64,000 nucleotides of DNA, taken from Candidatus Enterousia sp. GTDB taxonomy: Bacteria; Pseudomonadota; Alphaproteobacteria; Rs-D84. The stretch lies in NCBI GenBank assembly GCA_045635585.1, contig JAZTWA010000011.1:5919-69918 (forward strand). Direction: 5' to 3'. The notes below the pieces were generated by a model that was not told the DNA's origin, ran no database searches, and saw only the letters and a list, made by a program, of their open reading frames with translations. Made by a program: the position numbers and the translations under genes. Positions 1 to 9,083 of the stretch are shown piece by piece; within the stretch, counting starts at the first letter, position 1; each line of letters opens with the position of its first letter.

Positions 1-312
1 TATATTTATGACGGTGAATACAATTTCAGCTTTTTCTTGCTCTATGGCTAATTCTTGCAGGATGCGTTCCCATTCTTCAATTTCTTTATCAACATTTGCC
101 TTGGCAATACCGGTGCCCAGTGCTACACCACCGGCGACTGTACCAACGCCGGTGACCGCCGTTGTAATACCCGCCATTTTTTTCATGTCTGCTAATTCCG
201 CACTGATGTTTCCGCATGTGGTGCGGACATTCTCTATCGCCGCGGTCAGATTAGCATTTGCGTGCGCCACCCCCACCATCAGCGATAATAGTATCCCAAA
301 TGTTAATCGCAT
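1..312 (-). CDS. Secreted hypothetical protein with glycine-zipper-like segment (partial, runs off the window)
   Basis: Hand translation from ATG at 312: MRLTFGILLSLMVGVAHANANLTAAIENVRTTCGNISAELADMKKMAGITTAVTGVGTVAGGVALGTGIAK... It has a signal peptide (AHA), an upstream AAAGGA RBS and no stop before the window edge. Confidence 0.75.
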   Translation of the reverse strand, partial: MRLTFGILLSLMVGVAHANANLTAAIENVRTTCGNISAELADMKKMAGITTAVTGVGTVAGGVALGTGIAKANVDKEIEEWERILQELAIEQEKAEIVFTVINI

Positions 313-337
313 ATTTCTATTTCCTTTGTTATAAAAT

Positions 338-505
338 AACCGTCACAAAGCGGACGGTTGGAGGTTCGAAACTATAACTTGTAGAAAATAGCGGGCTTAT
401 TCATTATATTCACCGCCCTCCAACCCTGGTGGCTGGAGGTGTTTTTTGTCCCCGCGGACACTACAAGTTCAAGGGTTTCGACGCCCCAACACAGTCGCCT
501 GTGTC
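338..505 (-). ncRNA. C4/CI-like antisense/attenuator RNA in the leader of the 1..312 gene
   Basis: Closing stem GGTTGGAGG (356-364)/CCTCCAACC (417-425). Internal blocks at 366-372 and 376-384 are exact reverse complements of 475-481 and 461-469. A minus-strand TGnTATAAT promoter lies at ~512-520. Confidence 0.55.
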
Positions 506-609
506 ATGGGTATTATATCACATATTTGTAAAATTTTTACACAATTTTTACATGCGAAAAAATTTCTACTTGCATTGAAAATAAAAAAGCCCTATAATCT
601 GCGGCGCAT

Positions 610-683
610 TGGGGCATAGTTTAATGGTAGAACTCCGGACTCTGACTCCGTCAGTGTTGGTTCGAATCCAGCTGCCCCAACCA
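610..683 (+). tRNA. tRNA-Gln(CTG)
   Basis: Cloverleaf with anticodon loop CT-CTG-AC, T-loop GGTTCGAATCC and encoded CCA. Confidence 0.95.
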
Positions 684-690
684 TAGTTTC

Positions 691-720
691 AAAACTTGCC
701 CATCGGGGCAAGTTTTCTTT
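691..720 (+). terminator. Intrinsic terminator after tRNA-Gln
   Basis: AAAACTTGCCC-ATCG-GGGCAAGTTTT hairpin followed by a T-run. Confidence 0.7.
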
Positions 721-756
721 TGTTTCGCGATACTTTTACTGAGTTCGAAAGTTAGA

Positions 757-791
757 ATTAAAAAAGTGGCGATTTTACGCCACTTTTGAAC
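757..791. repeat. 35-bp palindromic repeat, copy 1
   Basis: ATTAAAAAAGTGGCGATTTTACGCCACTTTTGAAC; 27/35 identical to 1473-1507. Confidence 0.6.
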
Positions 792-800
792 TTTTTTAGA

Positions 801-1343
801 TTATTTATTAATCCCTAAATCTTTCATTTGTGATAAAAGCGACATATCAAGATTTTTTGAAACAGGCTTATACAATTCAAAATTATCCTTGTTATTAACA
901 AGTTCTGTCCATATATCGCCACGTCCTGTTGGACAATCTATACCCGGTTTTGGAACGTATACTTTTATGTTTCCACTCGTTATTTCCTGCATAACATCAA
1001 TTTCAATAACTCTTTTAATTGGTTTGTCCGTCAAGGAATAATAAGTCCCATCGATGTCGCACTCAAAACCGTCAGAGTCTAATTCGTATATATATGCTTT
1101 TTTGCCAGAAATATCTTGGCTTAATTTTTGAACATACAAGATATCACTTGTTCTTGGGGATTTCCATCCGTCTGCTATCAATCGCATACACGAATAATTT
1201 CTTGCACGAGCAAAATCAGGCGTTGCAAATACAGCCGTTATAGGCGTGTTTGTTGTTGGTAAATATGCATCACGGGCATGAATAACGCCATCTGTTATTT
1301 TATGTTGTGAACCATGATAAAGAGTTTTTACTTTGTTTTCCAT
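801..1343 (-). CDS. Hypothetical protein, possible Arr-like ADP-ribosyltransferase fold
   Basis: 180-aa ORF with LYHGS...VFAT...A..Y...YIYEL pattern, reminiscent of H-Y-type ARTs such as Arr. Confidence 0.5.
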   Translation of the reverse strand: MENKVKTLYHGSQHKITDGVIHARDAYLPTTNTPITAVFATPDFARARNYSCMRLIADGWKSPRTSDILYVQKLSQDISGKKAYIYELDSDGFECDIDGTYYSLTDKPIKRVIEIDVMQEITSGNIKVYVPKPGIDCPTGRGDIWTELVNNKDNFELYKPVSKNLDMSLLSQMKDLGINK

Positions 1344-1472
1344 GTTTGTAATTATACCATAAATCTGTGTTTAAAATCTATTATTTCTTGCCTAATCTCA
1401 ATCAATTTAGTTCGCGAATTGCACAGATAGCACAACCAAGATTGACAACCCCGCCAATAAAGGCGGGTTTTT

Positions 1473-1507
1473 ATTAAAAAAGTGACGAAAAATCACCACT
1501 TTCGAAC
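1473..1507. repeat. 35-bp palindromic repeat, copy 2
   Basis: ATTAAAAAAGTGACGAAAAATCACCACTTTCGAAC. Confidence 0.6.
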
Positions 1508-1637
1508 CAGATTCATGATTTTTTTTGTGGGGTTTTTTTTGTTTTTATTTTTGTTGAATATTCAAATATGTGTGCTATGAATAGATACATCATCGCAGAT
1601 GAGAATGTTTTTTCCAAAACAAAGAAAGGGGTAATTC

Positions 1638-4600
1638 ATGGCCAATATGAAAAATTTAGCGGATTTGTTAAAAGTCTGCAGCGTTTTGCCAGCCTTGGCG
1701 ATTTTGCCAGCAGCGGCGGCGGATGTTCCTGTACCGGTTGATGGTATTGTGGAATATGCAAAAATTTCAGATGTTCAAGGTGGGGTTTATAACCTTAAAA
1801 CGTTGGATGCAGATTTAGTTGTATCAAATTCTGAATTTAAAAATAATGACAATGCGGCGGGTAATGGTGGTACTATTTGGGCAACTGCAAAGCATGATTT
1901 GGCCGTAATTGCCAGTGGTTTTGAAAATAATGTGGCAAGTTCTGGTGGTGCATTAGGTGGCGGAACCACCGCAGGAATGTTAAGAATTAATGGTAGTACC
2001 TTTACAGGTAATCATGCGATTTATGACGGTGGTGCAATTTCATCTTTTGCGGGTTTGTCAATCGTTGGTGCAACATTTGATGGAAATACTGCGCAATATT
2101 CAGCAGATAAAAATGGTGATTATAATGTTGTGTCTAAAGACAGTATGCCAATCGGTGGTGGTGCGCTGGCGCTGGGGGCGGTTTCTAATACAACAATTGC
2201 ATCAATCGAATCAACAACGTTCAAGAATAATAAATCTGGTATGAATGGCGGTGCAATCGGTACACGTTTGGCAGCCAATGCGTATAATGGTGATGCAAAG
2301 CTGGATATTGATGCAACTTTTGAAAATAATTCAGCAGCGCAACATGGTGGTGCAATTTATAATACCTTTTATGCAAACAATGGTTTGAAAAAGGGTGATG
2401 GTGTAACCGTTACAGGTAATTTTACCAGTAATTCAGCAGGTAAAAATGGTGGTGCAATATACAATGACGGTACCATGGATAGTGACGATAAAATTGCCGC
2501 AACCATGACATTAACTGATGCAAAGTTTACAAAAAATGATGCAGCAGGTTCTGGTGGCGCAATTTATAATTCTGGTGTGTTAAGTGTATCAGGTACTGAA
2601 TTTACAGAAAATAATGCGGGCAGTTGGTCTGGGGCCATTTATAATGGAAATGGTGGTTCACTGGTTATCAAGGGATCAAAGTTTACAGGAAATACAGCGG
2701 CATCAGCAGGTGCGGTTGTATCAGGTACAGCGGCGATAAAAACAGAAATTTCCAATACTGTATTTGCAGATAATTCAGCAGGTTCTATGGGGGCTGTGGG
2801 GTTGTTTTCTGGTGGAACGTTGACAGATGTTACATTTAAAAACAATAAATCCACAGATGCAGAAGATTCAGGCGCAGGGGCATTGTTCTTGGGGGCGGTT
2901 TCCAAAACCTTTGTAACACGTGCAACGTTTATGGGTAATGAATCTGCGGCTGATGGTGGTGCAATTGCAACACGTGAAAAGGATTTGGGTAATAATTCTG
3001 CGGCAAAGTTGGATATTGTTAATTCTTCGTTTAATTCAAATGTTGCGGCAAGAAATGGTGGTGCAATTTATTCAACGTTCTATAACAGTGTATCTGATGT
3101 TGATAATGTTTATATCACAAATACACGTTTCGTTAGTAACGAAGCAATCAATGGTGGTGCAATCTATAACGAAGGTGAAGCCGATTTAGGCAAGAACTTT
3201 GCGTCAATGAAATTGGATAATGTTTTATTCAGTGGAAATTCCGCCGCAATGCTGGGTGGGGCGATTTATAATGGTGCAGGTGGTGCAATTACATTAACAG
3301 GTGATAATACATTTGTTGGTAATACCGCCGGCAAGAAAAATGGTCGTAACGACATCTATAACTTGGGGGCACTGAATATCGAATCTGGTACAACCACAAT
3401 TAATGGCGGTATCACTGGTACTGGTACATTGACATTGGCCCAGGGGGCAACATTGGATATCGGGACAACAACCGTCAGTCAAGATGTTTTGAATATTGAT
3501 GGTACAGTGAATGCGTCTGTATTAAGTGAACGTACATATGGTCGTTTGCTGGGTACGGTTAATGCCGGTGAAAATGCAACGTTAAAGTTGAATGTTGGTT
3601 CGGTTGGTACATATAAAATCTTTGATGGCGATGGCGCCACATCAATCAGTATCGATGCAGGTAAGGCATATGTTGTTGAAAATAACGGTAAAGATGGTAT
3701 TACGGTTGCTGTAAAAGCAGCAGATGCTTTGGTTGCAGAAACGGGTATCAGTAAAAATACAGCCGGTGTTTTAACGGGGTTGGTACAATCTGATACAGAT
3801 CGTGCATTTCATAAATTGTCTTTGATGGCACAAGAATCATTGAATTCTGGTGATACGGATGCCATGGAAAAAGAGCTGGCTAAAATGAATCCAGATTCTG
3901 GTGCGGTTGCACAATCTGTGTCTGCGTCGGTTCAGAATCAGGTGGCGTCTGTTGTTTCGGGACGTGTTGCAAATGTTGTAGGACGTGCCGGTGGGGATAC
4001 ACCAAAAAATACAGGATTCTGGATGCAGGGACTGTTTAACAAATCAGAAATGGATAATCAATTCCATGCATATACGCGTGGGTTGGCATTGGGTTCTGAT
4101 ATCATGCTTGGAAAGTCATTGGTTTTGGGGGCAGGGTATATGTATAACAATACTGATGTTCATATGGATAATGACAATGATTCAGAAATTGATAGCAATA
4201 CCTTGTTATTGTATGCACATTATAAACCATCACAGTGGTATGTTGGTGCAATGTTGAACTATACAATGTCTGATTATACAGATAGCAAAACACCGTATGG
4301 TATGACATTTGCAACAAATTATGATTCTGATGCAATCAGTGGTCAGGTTGTAACAGGTTATGATTTTGCATCGGGTGTATCGCCAATGCTTGGATTACGT
4401 TATACACATATGACACAAGATGCTTACTATAATGGACCATTGTATGTCAAAGAAATGAATACAGATTATTTGACGGGTTTGGCGGGTATTAAATATGCGC
4501 GTGCATTCAGTGTTAAAGAAAATCTGAAGGTTCGCCCAGAGGTACAGATTGCGGCAAAGTATGACATGTTGACAGATGATGCGGTTGCAACTGTTGTTAT

Positions 4601-4778
4601 CCCAGGTGTGTCTGCGTATCAGGTGGCCGGTGAACAAATGGCGCGCTTTGGCGGTGAATTTGGTCTGGGGGCATCTTTGCTGTATAATGGTATAGACTTG
4701 TCAGTAATGTATAACTTGGAATTGCGTCAGGATTATACATCTCATACAGGCTTGATTAAGTTCAGAGGTCGTTTCTAG
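1638..4778 (+). CDS. Autotransporter with Pmp-like GGA(I/L)/FxxN repeats
   Basis: Signal peptide, many GGAI and FxxN motifs in the passenger domain, and a C-terminal beta-barrel ending in F. Confidence 0.9.
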   Translation: MANMKNLADLLKVCSVLPALAILPAAAADVPVPVDGIVEYAKISDVQGGVYNLKTLDADLVVSNSEFKNNDNAAGNGGTIWATAKHDLAVIASGFENNVASSGGALGGGTTAGMLRINGSTFTGNHAIYDGGAISSFAGLSIVGATFDGNTAQYSADKNGDYNVVSKDSMPIGGGALALGAVSNTTIASIESTTFKNNKSGMNGGAIGTRLAANAYNGDAKLDIDATFENNSAAQHGGAIYNTFYANNGLKKGDGVTVTGNFTSNSAGKNGGAIYNDGTMDSDDKIAATMTLTDAKFTKNDAAGSGGAIYNSGVLSVSGTEFTENNAGSWSGAIYNGNGGSLVIKGSKFTGNTAASAGAVVSGTAAIKTEISNTVFADNSAGSMGAVGLFSGGTLTDVTFKNNKSTDAEDSGAGALFLGAVSKTFVTRATFMGNESAADGGAIATREKDLGNNSAAKLDIVNSSFNSNVAARNGGAIYSTFYNSVSDVDNVYITNTRFVSNEAINGGAIYNEGEADLGKNFASMKLDNVLFSGNSAAMLGGAIYNGAGGAITLTGDNTFVGNTAGKKNGRNDIYNLGALNIESGTTTINGGITGTGTLTLAQGATLDIGTTTVSQDVLNIDGTVNASVLSERTYGRLLGTVNAGENATLKLNVGSVGTYKIFDGDGATSISIDAGKAYVVENNGKDGITVAVKAADALVAETGISKNTAGVLTGLVQSDTDRAFHKLSLMAQESLNSGDTDAMEKELAKMNPDSGAVAQSVSASVQNQVASVVSGRVANVVGRAGGDTPKNTGFWMQGLFNKSEMDNQFHAYTRGLALGSDIMLGKSLVLGAGYMYNNTDVHMDNDNDSEIDSNTLLLYAHYKPSQWYVGAMLNYTMSDYTDSKTPYGMTFATNYDSDAISGQVVTGYDFASGVSPMLGLRYTHMTQDAYYNGPLYVKEMNTDYLTGLAGIKYARAFSVKENLKVRPEVQIAAKYDMLTDDAVATVVIPGVSAYQVAGEQMARFGGEFGLGASLLYNGIDLSVMYNLELRQDYTSHTGLIKFRGRF

Positions 4779-4796
4779 AGACGGGTTTCGTAAAAT

Positions 4797-4822
4797 AAAA
4801 ATCCCCCAATCGGGGGATTTTT
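4797..4822. terminator. Bidirectional terminator between the autotransporter and grpE
   Basis: AAAAATCCCCC-AATC-GGGGGATTTTT. Confidence 0.75.
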
Positions 4823-4835
4823 ATTTGTAAAAATT

Positions 4836-5342
4836 TTATTTGCATACGACAACCATTGCGGTGCGTAATACAGTGTCGCCAAACATATATCCAGATTGCA
4901 TTTCGTCTGTGATTGTATTTGGTTGTGTATCTGGGGTTGATACCAGCTGAATTGCGTTGTGTAACATTGGGTTTAATGTTTCGCCAATAGATTTAATTTT
5001 GGTAATACCAATTTGTTCAAACGCGGATTCCAATGCACGTGCCATTGATTGAATCCCGGCATCGTCGGGGTTGTGTTTTAATGCCGCGTCAACAGCATCC
5101 ATTACGGGCAGAATTTTTTCTGCGACAGACATCGCACGATTACGTGCGCGTGATTGTGCATCCAATTCTGCACGACGGCGCGTATTTTCTAGTTCCGCAG
5201 CCAAACGCAAATATTTATCGTTTAATTCGGATAATTGTTTCGTTAACTGTTCGATTTCTGGACTTTGTTTGGGCGCAGATTGTGTGTCAGGTGCGTCATC
5301 AATTGAAACCGTATCTATTTTTACATCTTTTTCATCATTCAT
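4836..5342 (-). CDS. grpE: Nucleotide exchange factor GrpE
   Basis: YLRLAAELENTRRR and GYMFGDTVLRTAMVVV motifs. Confidence 0.95.
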   Translation of the reverse strand: MNDEKDVKIDTVSIDDAPDTQSAPKQSPEIEQLTKQLSELNDKYLRLAAELENTRRRAELDAQSRARNRAMSVAEKILPVMDAVDAALKHNPDDAGIQSMARALESAFEQIGITKIKSIGETLNPMLHNAIQLVSTPDTQPNTITDEMQSGYMFGDTVLRTAMVVVCK

Positions 5343-5374
5343 TTTATTTACCTGTGTTCTTGGATACTATATAA

Positions 5375-6079
5375 CTATTTTACACTGGTTATTATAGGTA
5401 TGAAATCGTCGCTTTTCAAGGATGCGCCACCGACCAATACGCCATCAACATTTGATATGGACATAATTTGAGCCGCATTTGTCCCTTTGACCGATGCGCC
5501 ATATAATATTGGTGTGCCATTTAATCCCATGTCTGACAAGGTTTTTGCAATCAGGGTATGTGCATCTGCAATTTCTTCGTCTGTTGGTGTTAATCCCGCC
5601 CCGATTGCCCATCGTGGTTCGTATGCAATAATTATATCTGAATTTACGTTGGTTGGAATGCTTTCGCGAATCCCAGATTCAATAATTTCCATTGTTCTTC
5701 CGGCTTGTTTTTCGGCCATTGTTTCGCCGACACATATAATTGGTGTTAAACCATTGGCCAATGCTAATTCTGCTTTTTGTCGTACAGTGGCATTTGTGTC
5801 GCCATGGTATTCGCGACATTCACTGTGTCCGATAATTACATATTTGGCATTTGTGTCGGCAATCATAGATGCAGAAACTTCGCCAGTAAAGGCACCATGT
5901 GTGTGCGCGCTGACATCTTGGGCGCCCAATGAAATTTTACCAGAATTGGTGCATAACATTGTATATGGTACGCATAAAATTACCTGATTTGGCGTTTCCA
6001 GTTTTGATAGATCGTTAATCATTGATTCCAGATTTGAACGAGTGCCGTTCATTTTCCAGTTGCCTGCGATAATTTTCAT
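5375..6079 (-). CDS. tpiA: Triosephosphate isomerase
   Basis: IAGNWKMN, IIGHSE, AYEPRWAIG, LVGGASL; start placed at MKIIAGNWK. Confidence 0.97.
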   Translation of the reverse strand: MKIIAGNWKMNGTRSNLESMINDLSKLETPNQVILCVPYTMLCTNSGKISLGAQDVSAHTHGAFTGEVSASMIADTNAKYVIIGHSECREYHGDTNATVRQKAELALANGLTPIICVGETMAEKQAGRTMEIIESGIRESIPTNVNSDIIIAYEPRWAIGAGLTPTDEEIADAHTLIAKTLSDMGLNGTPILYGASVKGTNAAQIMSISNVDGVLVGGASLKSDDFIPIITSVK

Positions 6080-6145
6080 AAAAAAGCCTTTTTTTCGTTG
6101 ATTTTTTGTGTTTGCTTTTGCTATGGTAGCGCAAAAGGGGAACAA

Positions 6146-7558
6146 ATGCTAGAATATTTAAGAAATGCATCGGAAAAACCGGTCGCGAAAATTTTAATTG
6201 CTTTATTGGCCTTTTCATTCGTTGGATGGGGGGTTGCAGAATGGATTTTTGGAAATGTTGCGGGTGATAACACCTTGGTAAACGTTGGGAATACTGAAAT
6301 TTCAGTGCAACAGTTTAATTCGGAAAAGTCGCGCGAAATGGCCAAAATGTCTCGTGAACAACAGCGTGCGTTGTATACAGATGCGGATGCACAGCATGAA
6401 TTTAGTCAGCGTATTTTAACGACACTGGCAACCCAACAAATGGCAGAAAATCGTGCAAACGATTTGGGTTTTGTGGTCAGTGATAAACGAATCGCACGTG
6501 AAATTCGTGAATTCCCAGAATTTCAGGTTAATGGTGAATTTTCGCCATATGCGTTTGATTCGATTTTAAATAATTCTGGTTACAGTGAAGCGGCATTTGC
6601 GGATGTTTTGCGTGGTCAGGTTTTACGTTCAATGACTTTGGGGGCGATTTCTGAACCTGTGGCGGTGCCGGAATTTGCAGTGCGTGCGGCATATAATGCA
6701 CGTTATGGTGAACGCGATATTGAGTATGCAACAATAAAGTATGCTGATTTCAATGTTGATACACCATCAGACAAGGAATTGGCAGATTTTTATAAGCAAA
6801 ATCCACAGATGGTCCCAGAAACACGTCAGGTATCATATGTATTTATTGCGGCGGATATGGCAACACCCGATAAATATGATGCGGGTTATCAGACCGCGGT
6901 AAAGGTTGAAGACGATATTATTTCTGGTGAAACGATGAAAGATGCGGCGCAAAAGCATGGGGCAAAATATGTTGCATTGAATGCGTTTGGTCGTGATAAT
7001 CGTCCGGTTGATGCAATTTTGACCGATAAGATGGTTGAAAAAATCTTTGATATGGATCAGGGCTTGGAAAGCGAAATGATTGAATTAAAAGATGGTTTCT
7101 TGTTCGTGCGTGTTGATAATATTAACCCATCACATGTTGCGGAATTTGAAACAGTTAAAAAGTCATTGATTGCAGATTGGAAAAAATCACAACAGAAAAA
7201 GCAGGCATATGTTCGTGCAAATGATATGTTGGTCGATTTGAATAAAAATGAAAAATTATCAAATAAAAAATCGGCAACAGTGTCACGTATGTCTGGGGCG
7301 CCAACAGAAGTATTGGTGGCGGCATTCCGTAACAATGTTGGTCAGAATGCAATTGTCGAAGGCAGTGATGCGTTTTATGTTTTGTCTGTAAAAAAGGATA
7401 CTTTGCCAAAGGTCGATGACAAGAAAATGGCAGATGTTCGTAAAGAATTACAGAATATGTCTGAAAAATCATTGATGGATGATTATAATTCTTTTTTGAT
7501 GCGTGAATATCCGGTTGAAATTAATGACAAGGTATATAAACGTGTCTTTACAAAATAA
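6146..7558 (+). CDS. PpiD/SurA-N-domain periplasmic chaperone
   Basis: MLEYLRN..KILIALLAFSFVGWG N-terminal anchor and PETRQVSY motif; divergent from tpiA. Confidence 0.85.
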   Translation: MLEYLRNASEKPVAKILIALLAFSFVGWGVAEWIFGNVAGDNTLVNVGNTEISVQQFNSEKSREMAKMSREQQRALYTDADAQHEFSQRILTTLATQQMAENRANDLGFVVSDKRIAREIREFPEFQVNGEFSPYAFDSILNNSGYSEAAFADVLRGQVLRSMTLGAISEPVAVPEFAVRAAYNARYGERDIEYATIKYADFNVDTPSDKELADFYKQNPQMVPETRQVSYVFIAADMATPDKYDAGYQTAVKVEDDIISGETMKDAAQKHGAKYVALNAFGRDNRPVDAILTDKMVEKIFDMDQGLESEMIELKDGFLFVRVDNINPSHVAEFETVKKSLIADWKKSQQKKQAYVRANDMLVDLNKNEKLSNKKSATVSRMSGAPTEVLVAAFRNNVGQNAIVEGSDAFYVLSVKKDTLPKVDDKKMADVRKELQNMSEKSLMDDYNSFLMREYPVEINDKVYKRVFTK

Positions 7559-7588
7559 ACAAAAAGCCACCAAAATGGTGGCTTTTTG
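7559..7588 (+). terminator. Intrinsic terminator
   Basis: AAAAGCCACC-AAAAT-GGTGGCTTTTT. Confidence 0.7.
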
Positions 7589-7660
7589 TTTGGTTATAAA
7601 ACGATTGACAGTTTATTTCTTTTTTTGATAGTGTTGGTGTGTACATAGGGGATTATTAGG

Positions 7661-8116
7661 ATGAAATGTTTTCTTATAATATTATTGTGTTTTGTAACGT
7701 TGTCTGTAGATGCTGCAGTAATAAGTTGTTTTAAGGAACCAGATGAAAGCTCTAATTGTGTGCCAGGTGCGGTTGAAGATTATAGTGTGTTATGGTCTGC
7801 AACGTGTGGTGATGCCGCGATACAAGGTGTATCAATGTGTGCTGTGCCATCGGGTTCGGAAGAAACGGATAATAAACCCGTAATGGATGATTTAATTATT
7901 CATCAAACGAGATTATATATTTCGACAAAATCTTATGGTTATGTTAGATCATCGTGTTATTGTCGTGTCTTTTTTCCTCAGAATTATGATTGGGTTGAGA
8001 TAAAAAATATGGCGTCTGATCCGGATAATCCAGTGCCGGATGATTCTGATTTATGCGATAAACAATGCGCATCAGAGTGTTCAAAGAGTGTGAATAGATT
8101 ATTTAAATATATGTAG
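7661..8116 (+). CDS. Secreted Cys-rich hypothetical protein
   Basis: Signal peptide; CYCRVFFP and CDKQCASEC motifs. Confidence 0.7.
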   Translation: MKCFLIILLCFVTLSVDAAVISCFKEPDESSNCVPGAVEDYSVLWSATCGDAAIQGVSMCAVPSGSEETDNKPVMDDLIIHQTRLYISTKSYGYVRSSCYCRVFFPQNYDWVEIKNMASDPDNPVPDDSDLCDKQCASECSKSVNRLFKYM

Positions 8117-8118
8117 AT

Positions 8119-8850
8119 TTAGTATGGACTTATTCCTTCGTTGATTGTGAATGAACCGCGTGTGTCGGACATTTCAGAATTGTTGGGTATGTACATATGG
8201 CATATTGTGTGCGATTTCCCATCCATACAGGATTGTAGATTACGTGTTTCTGTTGTTGTACCGTCTGGGCATGATTGTGTGGAGTATTTTCCCAGTGTTT
8301 CTGTTATTTGTGCTGTGTAACCATCGGGGCAGATTTTGTCTTGTTTTTGGGTAACGCTAGGTATTGTATCAATTGTGTTTTCTGTTTTAGTAAAAAGGTT
8401 TGCGCATCGTTGTGTGCAGTTTGTATGTAACAGGAAAGATGAAACTGTCAGACCATTATAACCTGATGGATTTTCTTTTGTTGTGGCTTTTATTTGTAAT
8501 ACGGGTACGGTTACAATACATAAACAAGCAAATTTACAATAAGCGCATTTATTGTTATCATCAGCGGGGCCCGATGATTTGTGTGATGGTTTATTGTTTA
8601 TTGTGTTTCCTGTTGGAATGGCAAACCCTTTGACAACAAATTTTTCAAGTGGATTTTCTGGATTAGCGCATGAAGCTGCAAATGTTGTAGAGGTTGACAA
8701 TGTTGAGGTATCCCAAGTTGGTATATACGAATCATTACAGTAATCTTGGTTGTAGTTAGAAATACACTTTTTTACCGTTGTTGTGTCGGCGGCATGGACC
8801 GAAAAAGCGGGTGTTAGTATAAGTGTCAAAAATACCAAATATTTATTCAT
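8119..8850 (-). CDS. Secreted Cys-rich hypothetical protein
   Basis: Signal peptide (VHA); CLCIVTVP, CTQRCA and CPDG motifs. Confidence 0.7.
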   Translation of the reverse strand: MNKYLVFLTLILTPAFSVHAADTTTVKKCISNYNQDYCNDSYIPTWDTSTLSTSTTFAASCANPENPLEKFVVKGFAIPTGNTINNKPSHKSSGPADDNNKCAYCKFACLCIVTVPVLQIKATTKENPSGYNGLTVSSFLLHTNCTQRCANLFTKTENTIDTIPSVTQKQDKICPDGYTAQITETLGKYSTQSCPDGTTTETRNLQSCMDGKSHTICHMYIPNNSEMSDTRGSFTINEGISPY

Positions 8851-8853
8851 TTT

Positions 8854-9054
8854 TTATTTTTGTTTAAAGTGATTTTGTATTGCAAAGTACATGTCTAATA
8901 TTTTATCGATTTTACCGATTTTGGCAAAGCGTTTTTCTTCGCGTTTTTCGGCGTGTGCTAATTTTTTTGCATCATATTCCGATAACATTTGTTCGATTTC
9001 TGGATTTTTTATCCGATAATTTGGATCTGTTATTGCAATTGGTGTTTTGTTCAT
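8854..9054 (-). CDS. Small hypothetical protein
   Basis: 66-aa ORF with GGAG RBS, packed between virB11 and the Cys-rich gene. Confidence 0.6.
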   Translation of the reverse strand: MNKTPIAITDPNYRIKNPEIEQMLSEYDAKKLAHAEKREEKRFAKIGKIDKILDMYFAIQNHFKQK

Positions 9055-9083
9055 TTTTTTATCTCCGATTGTTACATATTTTT

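Noticed and set aside
8-334. Plus-strand 108-aa ORF
   Set aside because: Antisense shadow of the minus-strand secreted-protein gene, which has an RBS and signal peptide.
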